From IMG/VR virus record IMGVR_UViG_3300024978_000198: 64,000 bases of DNA, one strand, 5' to 3'. Source of the stretch: a virus. Below, piece after piece: positions 9,968 through 19,757 of this stretch; positions within the stretch are counted from its first letter, which is position 1; the number at the start of each line of letters is the position of its first letter. The translations under genes were made by a program, and so were the position numbers. Below the pieces are notes generated by a model. The model was not told the origin of the DNA. It saw only the letters and a program-made list of their open reading frames with translations, and did no database searches.

Positions 9968-10906
9968 TCAGTACTCTTGCGGCACCTCAAGCTTGGACGT
10001 CATTGTCCAGCCGGACGTGTCGTTCGTCATTCGACGGAGGCTCGCGTCGCCTTTCCGCAAATCTTCGAGCGCCTCGGCTGCAGTGCCAGCCCACCCGGTG
10101 CTGTTCAGCGTCGCTGGGTCGAGACGACCGGCCCGCGGGTTGGCGCGCTCGATCGCCCATTTGTATCCGCCGTCGTTGAACGACTTCCAGAACCGGATGC
10201 GGGACCCCATCTCGTTGGCCGACCACGAGTGCTGAGCGCCTGAAGTCCAGCGAACCCCTACGTCGTCGGTGAACCACTCATCTCCGTTGCCGCCGCTGAG
10301 CTTCTCGGCTGTTGAGGCAGGGCTGTCAGTGCTGCTCCACGAGGCGTATGGGGCCTCACGGTCGGCTCGATCCAGATGAGAGCGCAGATCTTCGTAGAAG
10401 GACCCGGACTGGTATCCGCCATTCAGGGCATTGTGCAGTCGAACGGCGCCCGGGTCGGTCTCGGCCCGCAGGACGAGATCACCGATGTTGTCGTCCTCGT
10501 CGAAGTCGTCGATGACAAACTCGGCCTCCTGTTCGCTCCAGTCATCGCCGCCGCCGCCGAGCGACATGCCGTAGTTGTCGGTCAGGAACTTGCCGATCTC
10601 GTCGATGTGGTCGTTCAGATATCGGTCGGCGTCGTCCCCGACGTGATCGTCCGGGCATGCCTGCGTCAGATCGAGCCGGACGGCGCCTTCGATCACCGGG
10701 TTGGACCCGCCGACCAGTTCGAGCCGGTCATAGAGCCCGCCTTGTGCGGGCTGCTCGTGCGGAAGCTCGACCGAGTCGCCATCCTCCGGCATGATGTCGG
10801 CGACGAGGGCTGGCTCGTACAGATCGACGTCGGATTCGCCATGACTCGTTGGTGCGAATTGGCCGCCCGTGGGTACGCCAGCCTGGATACGGTTCACGTT
10901 GCTCAT
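9968..10906 (-). CDS. GGQF-tagged acidic hypothetical protein
   Basis: Starts MSNVNRIQAGVPTGGQFAPTSHGESDVDL; class B motif at 10912-10923. Confidence 0.8.
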   Translation of the reverse strand: MSNVNRIQAGVPTGGQFAPTSHGESDVDLYEPALVADIMPEDGDSVELPHEQPAQGGLYDRLELVGGSNPVIEGAVRLDLTQACPDDHVGDDADRYLNDHIDEIGKFLTDNYGMSLGGGGDDWSEQEAEFVIDDFDEDDNIGDLVLRAETDPGAVRLHNALNGGYQSGSFYEDLRSHLDRADREAPYASWSSTDSPASTAEKLSGGNGDEWFTDDVGVRWTSGAQHSWSANEMGSRIRFWKSFNDGGYKWAIERANPRAGRLDPATLNSTGWAGTAAEALEDLRKGDASLRRMTNDTSGWTMTSKLEVPQEY

Positions 10907-10938
10907 GCCATATCTATGCGCGGCACCAGTGGTCGGGG

Positions 10939-12576
10939 CTATTCCCGCGACCACTGGTCCATGTTGCTCTCCAGCCACTTGACAGCGCTTTGCTCATCAC
11001 TGAACTCTCCCTCGTCCTGAGCCCGAAGTGCGGCCCCGAGAATCTGTCCGAATACTGGCCCCGGCTCGAATCCGTAGTGCTTGAGGTGATGGCCAGTGAG
11101 GTATCCGCCACGCGGCCTGTCGGCGGTCCCGAGCTTGCTGGCGACCCGGACCCACGCATCGGCCGGATTAGACCCGCTGGCCGAGCCGCGCCCCGCGTGG
11201 TCCGCGCCGACGACCGCAGCCCACAACTGGAGCCCAGGTCCGCGCCCGCCCGGCGCGTCGAGCCTTCGTATGAGACGCCGAACTGCGTTCGCAGATGGCG
11301 TCCCCCCTTGCTGCACTCCGGCGACGGCCATGTGATTCGAGATGATCGGCAAGATCTTCTCGGCATACTTGGCCGGGGCTCCGATGCGCTCCAGGAGCGC
11401 ACTGGCCGGCTCGACGCCTGCTTCGGCATGGCCGTGCGACGTGATTCGCGTCCCGGGCGTTTCGGCCAGGTTTGGGTCCGGTAGCTGGGTGTGTGTTGCC
11501 TTGCCCAGATCGTGGAACATGCTGGCAAGCACGACCACAGCTCTGTCGTTCTCGGAGACCCGGTTTTTCGACGCCCAGGTGGCCGCGGCATCGGCCGACA
11601 AACCAAGGTGCACGTGCACCGGCCCTTCAGGATGCCACTTCGGATCCTGCGCGACGTCTCTGCAAGCGGCGAGCTCCGGAAAATGCTTCTCCCAGTCGAC
11701 CTCGTGCAAGGCCGCAAGCGACTGGGAAGGCGACTCAGCCCTAGTTGCGATCTTCTCCCACTCGCCCCAGATGCGCTCTTTCGGCAGCTCCTGGAACCGA
11801 TCGGCCAAGTCTCGGCACAACTCCGCGGTCTCAGGAGCGAAGCGCATATCGAAGCGCCCGGCCATCTGCACACCGCGCAGGACTCGCAACGGATCGTCGG
11901 AGAACCGGTCGCTGACGTGTCGCAGAACGCCGACCTGGAGGTCGGCCGATCCGCCGTAGTGATCGATCAGCGTCTCGGGTACCGGGTCGTAACCCATTGC
12001 ATTGACGGTGAAGTCGCGCCTGGCGAACGCCTCTAGCTCACTTAGCTCTGGGTCGATCTCGACGTCGAAGCCGCGGTGGCCGACACCGGTCTTGGAATCT
12101 CGCCGCGGCAGGGATACGTCGAAGTCGCCGTAGATGCCGTGTACTTTGATGACTCCGAACGACGCCCCTACTTCATCGACCCAGGCTGAATTCCGTTCGC
12201 CAAGTGGGCGTAGAGCTTCCCGGAGTTCGCCTGCTGTCAAGCCGTATACCTCGATGTCAACGTCTTTCGGAAGGATCCTCGACCCATGCATGCGGGCGAT
12301 CATGGAGTCGCGCACAGATCCGCCGACAATAATCGGTCGCCCACCGGCGTTCAGCACGACACTGAGCACATCCCACGCGCTGGTCGAAAGCGGAACGAGC
12401 CCGGGAGACAGGCAACGGTGTTCACTACCGCGTGAGGAAAGCCTGTCGCAGTTGACGCAGCGGAAGACCCCAGCCGGCATGTCAGACAGCGTGACGCCCG
12501 ATTCATTGTGGAAACCGGCGCTGAACTGCCCGCCCTCCGGAACTCCGGATCTGACACGATTTCGACGCAGAAACAT
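10939..12576 (-). CDS. cca: GGQF-tagged class II tRNA nucleotidyltransferase (CCA-adding-like) with HD domain
   Basis: GGSVRD, PKDVDIE, RRDFTVNAM, DDPLRVLR, ERIWGEWEK, and HD domain WHPEG...FHDLGK...GHA; class B motif at 12582-12593. Confidence 0.88.
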   Translation of the reverse strand: MFLRRNRVRSGVPEGGQFSAGFHNESGVTLSDMPAGVFRCVNCDRLSSRGSEHRCLSPGLVPLSTSAWDVLSVVLNAGGRPIIVGGSVRDSMIARMHGSRILPKDVDIEVYGLTAGELREALRPLGERNSAWVDEVGASFGVIKVHGIYGDFDVSLPRRDSKTGVGHRGFDVEIDPELSELEAFARRDFTVNAMGYDPVPETLIDHYGGSADLQVGVLRHVSDRFSDDPLRVLRGVQMAGRFDMRFAPETAELCRDLADRFQELPKERIWGEWEKIATRAESPSQSLAALHEVDWEKHFPELAACRDVAQDPKWHPEGPVHVHLGLSADAAATWASKNRVSENDRAVVVLASMFHDLGKATHTQLPDPNLAETPGTRITSHGHAEAGVEPASALLERIGAPAKYAEKILPIISNHMAVAGVQQGGTPSANAVRRLIRRLDAPGGRGPGLQLWAAVVGADHAGRGSASGSNPADAWVRVASKLGTADRPRGGYLTGHHLKHYGFEPGPVFGQILGAALRAQDEGEFSDEQSAVKWLESNMDQWSRE

Positions 12577-12658
12577 ACCTCATCTATGCGCGGCGCAAAA
12601 CACCCATTCGTTGCACGCCCAGCCGTGGTTGCGGCTGCCTCTCATGCAGTTCGGCGGC

Positions 12659-12690
12659 GGGGGTGCCGGCCGTATCCCCCGCACACAACC
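12659..12690 (+). promoter_or_regulatory. Class A-like motif with an 11-nt spacer, upstream of the helicase
   Basis: GGGGGTGCC-N11-CCGCACACAACC. Confidence 0.45.
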
Positions 12691-12725
12691 GTCGAACTCA
12701 TTCATGAAGAGCGGAGAGATCTCTC

Positions 12726-14216
12726 GTGGCGCACAAGACCGGTGGCAGGAAGCCGACCCCGGAGCAGAAGGCGGTCCTGGCCGCGTTCCGACAGGGGAAG
12801 TCGATGAGGGTGACAGCGCTGGCCGGTTCCGGGAAGACGACGACGCTCGAATATCTGGCCCTCAAGTCGCCGGATAAGAAGATCCTCTACATCGCGTTCA
12901 ACAAGTCGGTGCAGGTCGAGGCCGAAGAGCGGTTCCCGCGCAACGTCACGTGCCGCACAGCTCATTCGCTGGCGTTCAGTCGATTCGGCGGTCCGCTTCG
13001 CGGACGCCTCTTCCCGCCGGCCCGTGTGCCGGCGAACATGGCCGCACGCCTGCTCGGTCTGCACAAGATGAACCTGCGCCCCGAGAACAAAGACTCGGAG
13101 CCGCCATCCCTCAGCTCATCGGCCCTGTACGCCATGGCACGCTCCACCGTCACCCGGTTCATCCGATCTGCCGACGATGAGGTCGCCGAGCACCACTACG
13201 TCAAGCCGGACGGACTCACCGCATTGGATGAGGACCTCGAAGGCCTGAAGAAGGTCGTCGTAGACGCCGCCCGCGAGATATGGGAGGACATCTCCGATCC
13301 GAACGGGAAGCTCCGCTGCGAACAGGACGTCTACCTCAAGCTCTGGGCAATGTCGAAGCCGAAGCTCCGGGGCTACGACGTCATCATGGTTGATGAGGCA
13401 CAGGACACCGACCCGCTTCTCGCCCAGGTGATCGAAGCGCAGACCCAGACGCAGATCGTGGTGGTCGGCGACGAGAACCAGGCGATCTACGGATGGCGCG
13501 GTGCCACCTCGTTCATCACCGACTTCCCGGCTGAGAACGAGGTCAGCCTTACGCACAGCTTCCGGTTTGGCGATGCCATTGCCGCCGAGGCGAACATCTG
13601 GCTCGACCACCTTGGATCGCCGATGCGCGTGGTCGGCAACCCAGCGAAGAGCTCGACGGTCGCCGAACTCACCGACCCGGACGCAGTCCTGTGCCGCACC
13701 AACGGCGGAGCCATGGCCGCGGTCATGCACTACCTGCCGCTAGGCAAGGAGGTAGCTCTCGTTGGTGGCGCGCGCGACCTCAAGCACTTCGTCGAGCAAG
13801 TCGATCTGCTGCGGCGGGGTCGAACGGTCAGCCACCCCGACCTTGCGACTTTCCCGAACTGGACGGCTGTGCAGACCTACGCCCGCACCGACGAAGGCAA
13901 GGACCTTCTGGTGTGGGTGAGCCTGGTGGAGACGTTCGGAACGGCACGTCTACTGGATGCCATCGACAGCCTCGAACAATCCGAGAACGACGCCGACGTG
14001 GTGGTGTCCACGGTCCACAAAGCCAAGGGACGGCAGTGGCCGAAGGTGCTCATCTGGGGAGACTTCCCCGAACCGACAGTCGACGACAACAACATCCTGC
14101 AGCCGCTCGAACGGGACGAGAAGATGCTCGCCTACGTCGCCGTCACCCGCGCACAGGATGTGCTCGACCCGGCCGGCCTTGCGTGGATCCGCGACTATCC
14201 CGTCGGATCGATCTGA
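12726..14216 (+). CDS. UvrD/Rep-like SF1 helicase
   Basis: ALAGSGKT, VDEAQD, VVGDENQAIYGWRGA, LTHSFRFG, STVHKAKGRQW, YVAVTRA. Confidence 0.92.
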   Translation: MAHKTGGRKPTPEQKAVLAAFRQGKSMRVTALAGSGKTTTLEYLALKSPDKKILYIAFNKSVQVEAEERFPRNVTCRTAHSLAFSRFGGPLRGRLFPPARVPANMAARLLGLHKMNLRPENKDSEPPSLSSSALYAMARSTVTRFIRSADDEVAEHHYVKPDGLTALDEDLEGLKKVVVDAAREIWEDISDPNGKLRCEQDVYLKLWAMSKPKLRGYDVIMVDEAQDTDPLLAQVIEAQTQTQIVVVGDENQAIYGWRGATSFITDFPAENEVSLTHSFRFGDAIAAEANIWLDHLGSPMRVVGNPAKSSTVAELTDPDAVLCRTNGGAMAAVMHYLPLGKEVALVGGARDLKHFVEQVDLLRRGRTVSHPDLATFPNWTAVQTYARTDEGKDLLVWVSLVETFGTARLLDAIDSLEQSENDADVVVSTVHKAKGRQWPKVLIWGDFPEPTVDDNNILQPLERDEKMLAYVAVTRAQDVLDPAGLAWIRDYPVGSI

Positions 14217-14304
14217 TTGCAGCGCGCGATGTTTTGTTGTTTATGAGCAACACGCGCGGATCATAGTTGGTCATATGCAACAGTGCTGATACCGTGTCGC
14301 TTAT

Positions 14305-14616
14305 ATGCAACAAGTGGGAGGTGACGTTGTGCAGAATCTGATCGACCTGGCCAACAAGGTTCTGATCGCCAGAGAGAGCCAGGGCGTGACGCAGACGGAC
14401 TTGGCTAAGAGGTCTGGAGTCAACAGGTCATGGCTTGTTCAGTTCGAGGCCGGGTATGGAAACCCCACTTTCAAGAGCATCGTAGCGGTGCTGTCGGCCC
14501 TCGGCCTGGAGCTGGATGTGATCCCCGCTCCTGTGGTCGACGCCCCGAGTGGACCTGTCGACCTACAGCAGATCGTGCGCGGACTAACGAAGGGCGCCGG
14601 CGATGGAGACAGATGA
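14305..14616 (+). CDS. hipB: HTH-XRE antitoxin, HipB-like
   Basis: TQTDLAKRSGVNRSWLVQFEAG helix-turn-helix; overlaps hipA. Confidence 0.8.
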   Translation: MQQVGGDVVQNLIDLANKVLIARESQGVTQTDLAKRSGVNRSWLVQFEAGYGNPTFKSIVAVLSALGLELDVIPAPVVDAPSGPVDLQQIVRGLTKGAGDGDR

Positions 14617-15982
14617 GCTGTTAGTGGTTATGGATGGATCGGTGTCGGCGACCATCCTTCCTCGGGGGAAGAAATCCAGGCTCCTGTACGACACCAGGCA
14701 GGCATTGACCCCGGTGTCCTTGAGCATGCCCATCAGCGGTAAGCGTTTTCGGTCCGACGTACTGACCCCGTGGACCCGTGGATTACTGCCGGACCGAGAA
14801 GAGGTTCTCAAACGGTGGCGTCGGCATTTCGGTGTCCGCACTCTGGACCCGATCGACCTCCTAGTCCATGTGGGCGAGGATGTGGCCGGCGGCGCGATGT
14901 TCGTCCGCCCGGATCGCCTCACGGCGGCGATGACATGGGAGCCGGCTAAGCCCCTGGCGGAGCGAGAAATCGGCGACATGCTCCGGAGAGCTATCAGTGA
15001 TGCACCAGACCCGATCGCAGGAATCGAAGCGGGTAAGTTCAGCCTGGCCGGCATGCAGCCGAAGATCGCGCTGCAGCAAAGCGATGATGGCGGATGGTCG
15101 CTTCCATCCGGGATAAACCCGACAACACACCTGATCAAACCGGCCGTGTCGAACTACCAAGACCAGCACCTTGTCGAACACATGACGATGTTCTGCGCCG
15201 CAGACGTAGGACTGAGCACTGCGAAGACACGGCCGGCGGTCATTGACGGGATACCGGTCGTCGTGGTGACCAGATTCGACAGGCTGTTGCATCAGGGACG
15301 CTGGATCCGCATCCACCAGGAAGACCTGCTGCAGGCGATGAGTCGGAACCCGTGGGAGAAGTACGAATCCGAAGGAGGCCCCGGCGTCAGAGAAGTTGCG
15401 GCATTTCTTCGGCGGCACGAACTCCCGGAGGAATCGCTGCACCGCTTCGCCCAGTCAGTGATCTTCCACTGGCTCACGGCGAGCACAGATGCCCACGCCA
15501 AGAACTACTCCGTGCTGCTCAACGGCACGAGCGCAACACTGGCCCCCTTGTATGACCTGAACTCGTATCTTGCATACGGGACGCCGTCGAGTCTGTCGAT
15601 GTCAATGAAGGTGGGCTCCGAATACGGCGTCACAAAGGTCAGCAGGTCGGACTGGGCTTACTTCGCGAAAGACTGTGGGGTCACCGATGACTGGGTGATG
15701 TCCGAGATCGATCGGCAATCGAAACTGATCCCGGTTGGATTCAAGAAGGCGTCCGAACAGTTAGTCGCGCAAGACGGGTTTGACACCGTCATTCCAGACC
15801 GGATGGTCGAAGCGTCCACCGAGTGGGTAGACACCGTGCGCCGCTCACTAGGGCTTGTAGCGCGAGCTGCAGCCCCCGCTCCGGCGCGACTGAGTCGAGG
15901 GAAGACGACACGCGCCAGTAACAGAGGGTCATTCAAAACCGTGACTCACCAAGAGTCCGACGTCACCCTCGACCCGCACTGA
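14603..15982 (+). CDS. hipA: HipA-family kinase toxin with a C-terminal tag-like tail
   Basis: SLSMP, FSLAGMQPK, THLIKP, RFDR, DAHAKNYS, LAPLYDL. Confidence 0.92.
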   Translation: METDELLVVMDGSVSATILPRGKKSRLLYDTRQALTPVSLSMPISGKRFRSDVLTPWTRGLLPDREEVLKRWRRHFGVRTLDPIDLLVHVGEDVAGGAMFVRPDRLTAAMTWEPAKPLAEREIGDMLRRAISDAPDPIAGIEAGKFSLAGMQPKIALQQSDDGGWSLPSGINPTTHLIKPAVSNYQDQHLVEHMTMFCAADVGLSTAKTRPAVIDGIPVVVVTRFDRLLHQGRWIRIHQEDLLQAMSRNPWEKYESEGGPGVREVAAFLRRHELPEESLHRFAQSVIFHWLTASTDAHAKNYSVLLNGTSATLAPLYDLNSYLAYGTPSSLSMSMKVGSEYGVTKVSRSDWAYFAKDCGVTDDWVMSEIDRQSKLIPVGFKKASEQLVAQDGFDTVIPDRMVEASTEWVDTVRRSLGLVARAAAPAPARLSRGKTTRASNRGSFKTVTHQESDVTLDPH

Positions 15983-16001
15983 TGAGTCGCCGGCTGCTCA
16001 A

Positions 16002-16634
16002 CTACAGATCGGTCTCTCCTTGCGGTACACCGCCGAAGTTCACCAACTCGAACACCTCGGCCTCCTCTTCGAGGGAGCTGAGACTTCCTTCGATGACACC
16101 GATCGGGATGTTGCTGAACTGTCTTTGCCCTACCTTCGTCAGTCCGGAGTATCTGATGTACGGGCCGTCGTCAGTGTTCTCGGTGGACTCGACGCGGTCC
16201 GGCTCGAACCACGATGCGGGCACGGCGAGGTCGCTGTTGTAGAAGTCGAGGACGGTTCGCATGCGCTGCTTACCGTCGATGACGGCGTACATCGGTTGAT
16301 CGAGCTGGTAGTCGTCGAATGATCTCATGCGGTCGTTGATGATGAGCGACGGCACGGGGATCCCCTGCAGCAGGGAGCGGATCAGGTTCTTCCTGCGCAC
16401 CGCCCCCCACACGTCGCCGCGCTGATAGGGCGGATCGAAGTCGAAGTACCCTTCCGCTGCGCCGAGTGGAATGAAACCGATTTGCCGGGCGCTCGGCGAC
16501 AATTTGAGGCGCTCCAGCGGCGCATTGGTCTGCATGGTTGCGTAGCGCGTGAGAATCACACCGGGATCGTCGTGCAGCTTGTCCATGAACTGGCCGCCGG
16601 CGGGCACACCTGCTTGGACTCGTGCCTGGGTCAT
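16002..16634 (-). CDS. GGQF-tagged stand-alone DUF262 (ParB-like) protein
   Basis: PPYQRGDVW, LIRSLLQGIPVP, VIDGKQR; starts MTQARVQAGVPAGGQF. Confidence 0.85.
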   Translation of the reverse strand: MTQARVQAGVPAGGQFMDKLHDDPGVILTRYATMQTNAPLERLKLSPSARQIGFIPLGAAEGYFDFDPPYQRGDVWGAVRRKNLIRSLLQGIPVPSLIINDRMRSFDDYQLDQPMYAVIDGKQRMRTVLDFYNSDLAVPASWFEPDRVESTENTDDGPYIRYSGLTKVGQRQFSNIPIGVIEGSLSSLEEEAEVFELVNFGGVPQGETDL

Positions 16635-17044
16635 GTGCCGTTCCTGCTTCCTTCACAGGGTTGGGCCCGGTGGTGATCCTGGGCGGCTTCGGGGACTTGC
16701 CCGTCAGCAATCTGCATGACTCGCGCAGCATCGGTGCTCTTGACGTAATCGGCTCGCGCTCCGCCGAGCTTGCCGCTCTTGAGCACGGACCGTCCGATGA
16801 CCTTCGGTGTCCCCCGAATGCCGTTGTAGGACGTGACTTCGATTCGCTCGACCATGATTGGTGGCTTGGTCGGGTAAGTTTCAATCACGAATCGGTGATC
16901 TGCTGGCAACTCGAACTGAGCGGTTTGCTCGGTGAGTGCCGCCCCTTCTGCCGTCAACGTCACCTCGGGTTCCGTGTGCTGCACTTCGGCGAACCGTCCG
17001 CCGGCCCGACCTCTCCCGCGGGGGATCCTCGGTTGCGCCGTCAC
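16631..17044 (-). CDS. Hypothetical protein with a variant tag
   Basis: GTG start overlapping the upstream TGA; MTAQPRIPRGRGRAGGRFAEVQHTEPEVTL. Confidence 0.7.
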   Translation of the reverse strand: MTAQPRIPRGRGRAGGRFAEVQHTEPEVTLTAEGAALTEQTAQFELPADHRFVIETYPTKPPIMVERIEVTSYNGIRGTPKVIGRSVLKSGKLGGARADYVKSTDAARVMQIADGQVPEAAQDHHRAQPCEGSRNGT

Positions 17045-18450
17045 ACCGCTTCCTCCAGCTTCGCTCGGGTGAGCACCGTCTGCTTGGTGCCGTTCCATTC
17101 GCCGTGCTCCTTGACGGTAGCGGCCTGAATCATGACTTTGTCGCCTTCATTGAAGTCCATCGCACTGGAGGCCATCCATTTGAGCTCATGCCCGTCGTTG
17201 TCGCGGAAGATCAGCATGGTCTTCGTCCCGTAAAACGAATCCAAGTAGAGCGCCTTGGTCACGGTGGCCGGCACTCGACGTACCCGCTCGCCGACCGGCG
17301 CGAGGTACGCGTCCCTCGGCGGGTTCGCCTTGGCGATGGCCTCTTTGACCTGCTTCTCCTTGCTGCGTCGCCAGCCCGACACCGCCGAAGCGAGCATGCC
17401 TATGTGTCGCGGGGTGATGGCCTCTTGGCGGGCGATGTCGCGCATGTTAGCGGCATAGTCGCTCTCGCCTTCCATCATCTTGGCGAAGTCGAGCACCTCG
17501 GCTGCCATCTCCTTGATCTCGTCGCTCCGGATCGCAGCTACGGCTTGCCGGTACTCCTCCGAGTCGCGGGTGTGTTGGTCCGGCCACAGATAGGTCGTGA
17601 CGACACCAGAGGTGGCGTACCTCCCGTACATCTCGGCGTTACTCCGTGAGACGTAGCTCCGCCCCTCGTCAGTGACTGCAAGTGCCATCGTCAGGATCTC
17701 CTCCGGCGAGGCGCTGCGCTCCCACCCGCCAGAGCCGTAACTGCCTGGTTCGTCGTCGGCTTCTTTGATGTCGACGTCCGGATCCCACTCCAGGGACCAC
17801 AGTCCGCGAGGCTCGATGCCGGTGAACGCCTCCAGACAGTTCGATCCCACCTGCTTGACGTCGCCGGAGCTGTCCCGAAGCAGATACGTGGACTTGCGCG
17901 CACGAAGCGTGCCGCAGTGGTCGCACCGCTGTTCGGTCGGTCGGTAGCCCCCCAGTTCTGCGCCTGGCTTGGTGACTGCGATCGGCGTGCCGTCGGCCAG
18001 GACGTCGAGCCGACCGACGAATTCCCAGTCGCCGATCTTGACCTCGGGCTTGTTCAGCCGGTAGTCGATCAGGTCACGGGAGTACTGGCTGCCGTCGGCG
18101 GCCGTTCTCGTCTCGGTTCGCTGACCGAGAATCTCGATCTCGAAGCGCTCGGCAAGACCGTTGCGTTCCAGCTTCTTGTTCGCCGCGGCGATCTTCTTGT
18201 CGAGGTCAGCGAGGCGGGAAGCGAGCATGACCCGGGATCCGCAGATGTGTTCCCGGCCCGGCGAGGTGAACTGGCCGCAATCAGCGCAGCGCGGATCGGC
18301 TTCGACTGCATCGCTGCCTGCGCCCCATTCAGCGCTTTCGCTGACACCACCACCATCGTCATTGAGATCGACCGCCGCCTCGCCGTGCCTGTGCGCCGCG
18401 AACTGCCCGCCGGTCGGCACGCCGGCAGAGACGCGAAGAGTCTGTGTCAT
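17041..18450 (-). CDS. GGQF-tagged phage-type protein with Cys motifs and a putative C-terminal OB fold
   Basis: MTQTLRVSAGVPTGGQFAAHRHGEAAVDL; CADC...HIC; CDHC...QVGSNC. Confidence 0.8.
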   Translation of the reverse strand: MTQTLRVSAGVPTGGQFAAHRHGEAAVDLNDDGGGVSESAEWGAGSDAVEADPRCADCGQFTSPGREHICGSRVMLASRLADLDKKIAAANKKLERNGLAERFEIEILGQRTETRTAADGSQYSRDLIDYRLNKPEVKIGDWEFVGRLDVLADGTPIAVTKPGAELGGYRPTEQRCDHCGTLRARKSTYLLRDSSGDVKQVGSNCLEAFTGIEPRGLWSLEWDPDVDIKEADDEPGSYGSGGWERSASPEEILTMALAVTDEGRSYVSRSNAEMYGRYATSGVVTTYLWPDQHTRDSEEYRQAVAAIRSDEIKEMAAEVLDFAKMMEGESDYAANMRDIARQEAITPRHIGMLASAVSGWRRSKEKQVKEAIAKANPPRDAYLAPVGERVRRVPATVTKALYLDSFYGTKTMLIFRDNDGHELKWMASSAMDFNEGDKVMIQAATVKEHGEWNGTKQTVLTRAKLEEAV

Positions 18451-19358
18451 GGAGTCACACCGTCCGATTCCCATCGGGCCAGAGCATCCTCCGGGCTCTT
18501 GAAGTCGAAGGCAGCCCTGAATGACTCGTTAGGAGTGAAGCCATGCGAGTCCCATTGACTCGCCGTCCGCGGGGTGAACCCGAGATTCTTCCACTGCTTG
18601 GCCTGCTCGACGCGAAGCGCAGTTACGCGTATCCACTCACCGACTTCGTCGGGGTCGGAGAAGCCGTTGTCAACCCAGTCTTGAGCACCACCCTTGCCAG
18701 TAGGGGATCCGACACCGTTGTCGATCCACTGGAGAGCGTCTCTGTCGGAGAAGCCGCTGGAATTCCACTGCTTCACGAGGCTGACAGACATGTTCCTGTC
18801 GTTGAATTGACGTGCCCGCTGCGGTGTGAACCCGGCGTCGCGCCACGCCTTGGCTGTCATCGACTCCGTCTCTACCGGGAATCGTCTCGCCGGTCTTACA
18901 CCCGCGTACAAGCCCTGTTCCCAGATCTGGCGCTGTTCGGCGGCGTCAAATCCGCAATTCGCCCACACCCCGTCATCGTGGGCGCGCTCCGCGTCAACGC
19001 TGGCGATCTTGTTGTGGTAGGCCAGTAGCGCATGCGGCGCAGCCTCGAATACTCCATCGGCCGCCGAGTCGAATGAGTTCGCCGAGCCGGACGCTACCGA
19101 CATACTGCCGTAACGCTCGATACGGGTCTCCCACTCGAAGCCGTCGCCCGCCGGTCGGACGAACGACTCGATGAAAAGGTTCGAGGACGACACGTGCCCG
19201 GTCGGATGCGGGAGCCACATGACACCGTGGCTGTCCGTCATGATGCCGTCTGACGTCAGCATGGATGGTTCAATGATGACGCCCGGCTCTGCGTGTCTCT
19301 GCGGGGCGAACTGCCCCCCGGCCGGAAGGCCGGCTGACACCCTCTTCTGGTTGCTCAT
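18447..19358 (-). CDS. GGQF-tagged protein with WxxxGF repeats
   Basis: MSNQKRVSAGLPAGGQFAPQRHAEPGVII; class B variant CCGCGGATAGAT at 19364-19375. Confidence 0.8.
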   Translation of the reverse strand: MSNQKRVSAGLPAGGQFAPQRHAEPGVIIEPSMLTSDGIMTDSHGVMWLPHPTGHVSSSNLFIESFVRPAGDGFEWETRIERYGSMSVASGSANSFDSAADGVFEAAPHALLAYHNKIASVDAERAHDDGVWANCGFDAAEQRQIWEQGLYAGVRPARRFPVETESMTAKAWRDAGFTPQRARQFNDRNMSVSLVKQWNSSGFSDRDALQWIDNGVGSPTGKGGAQDWVDNGFSDPDEVGEWIRVTALRVEQAKQWKNLGFTPRTASQWDSHGFTPNESFRAAFDFKSPEDALARWESDGVTP

Positions 19359-19381
19359 GTCGTATCTATCCGCGGCGCCAG

Positions 19382-19705
19382 CTAGAACGTGGCTTCGGGA
19401 TTGTCGACGTCTTCGGCGGACAGCTCGATCTGCTGAATGATGTCCATCGGGGCAGCGACGATCTGGTGCTGCCCTGGCCGGAAGGCTGCGATCGCGGCAA
19501 TGGCTGCAAGCGGGTCGTCCGCCCCGGCCTTGACTGTCGGACCGAACGGTGTGAGGTCAACTTCAGCTCCCGATGCCGCAGCGCCCAGTGCGAACTGGAC
19601 CACCTCGTCGGTGCCGGTGAAAACGCCGTCCTGCCAGCGCCCGCGCAGCGGATCGCCTTGCCCGTCGTCGAACCACACCTCGACCAGACTCATTCGCTCC
19701 TCCAT
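19382..19705 (-). CDS. Hypothetical protein, untagged
   Basis: ATG 5 nt after the class A motif at 19711-19740. Confidence 0.75.
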   Translation of the reverse strand: MEERMSLVEVWFDDGQGDPLRGRWQDGVFTGTDEVVQFALGAAASGAEVDLTPFGPTVKAGADDPLAAIAAIAAFRPGQHQIVAAPMDIIQQIELSAEDVDNPEATF

Positions 19706-19710
19706 GGTTC

Positions 19711-19740
19711 ATGTATGTGCGGCGCACCGTCGGCACCCCC
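19711..19740 (-). promoter_or_regulatory. Class A motif
   Basis: GGGGGTGCC-N9-CCGCACATACAT-N5-ATG. Confidence 0.75.
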
Positions 19741-19757
19741 GTGGATCGGCAAGTCCG

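Noticed and set aside
12709-12720. GAGCGGAGAGAT 5 nt before the helicase GTG as a class B site
   Set aside because: Only the AGAT end matches; it may simply be a purine-rich ribosome-binding region.
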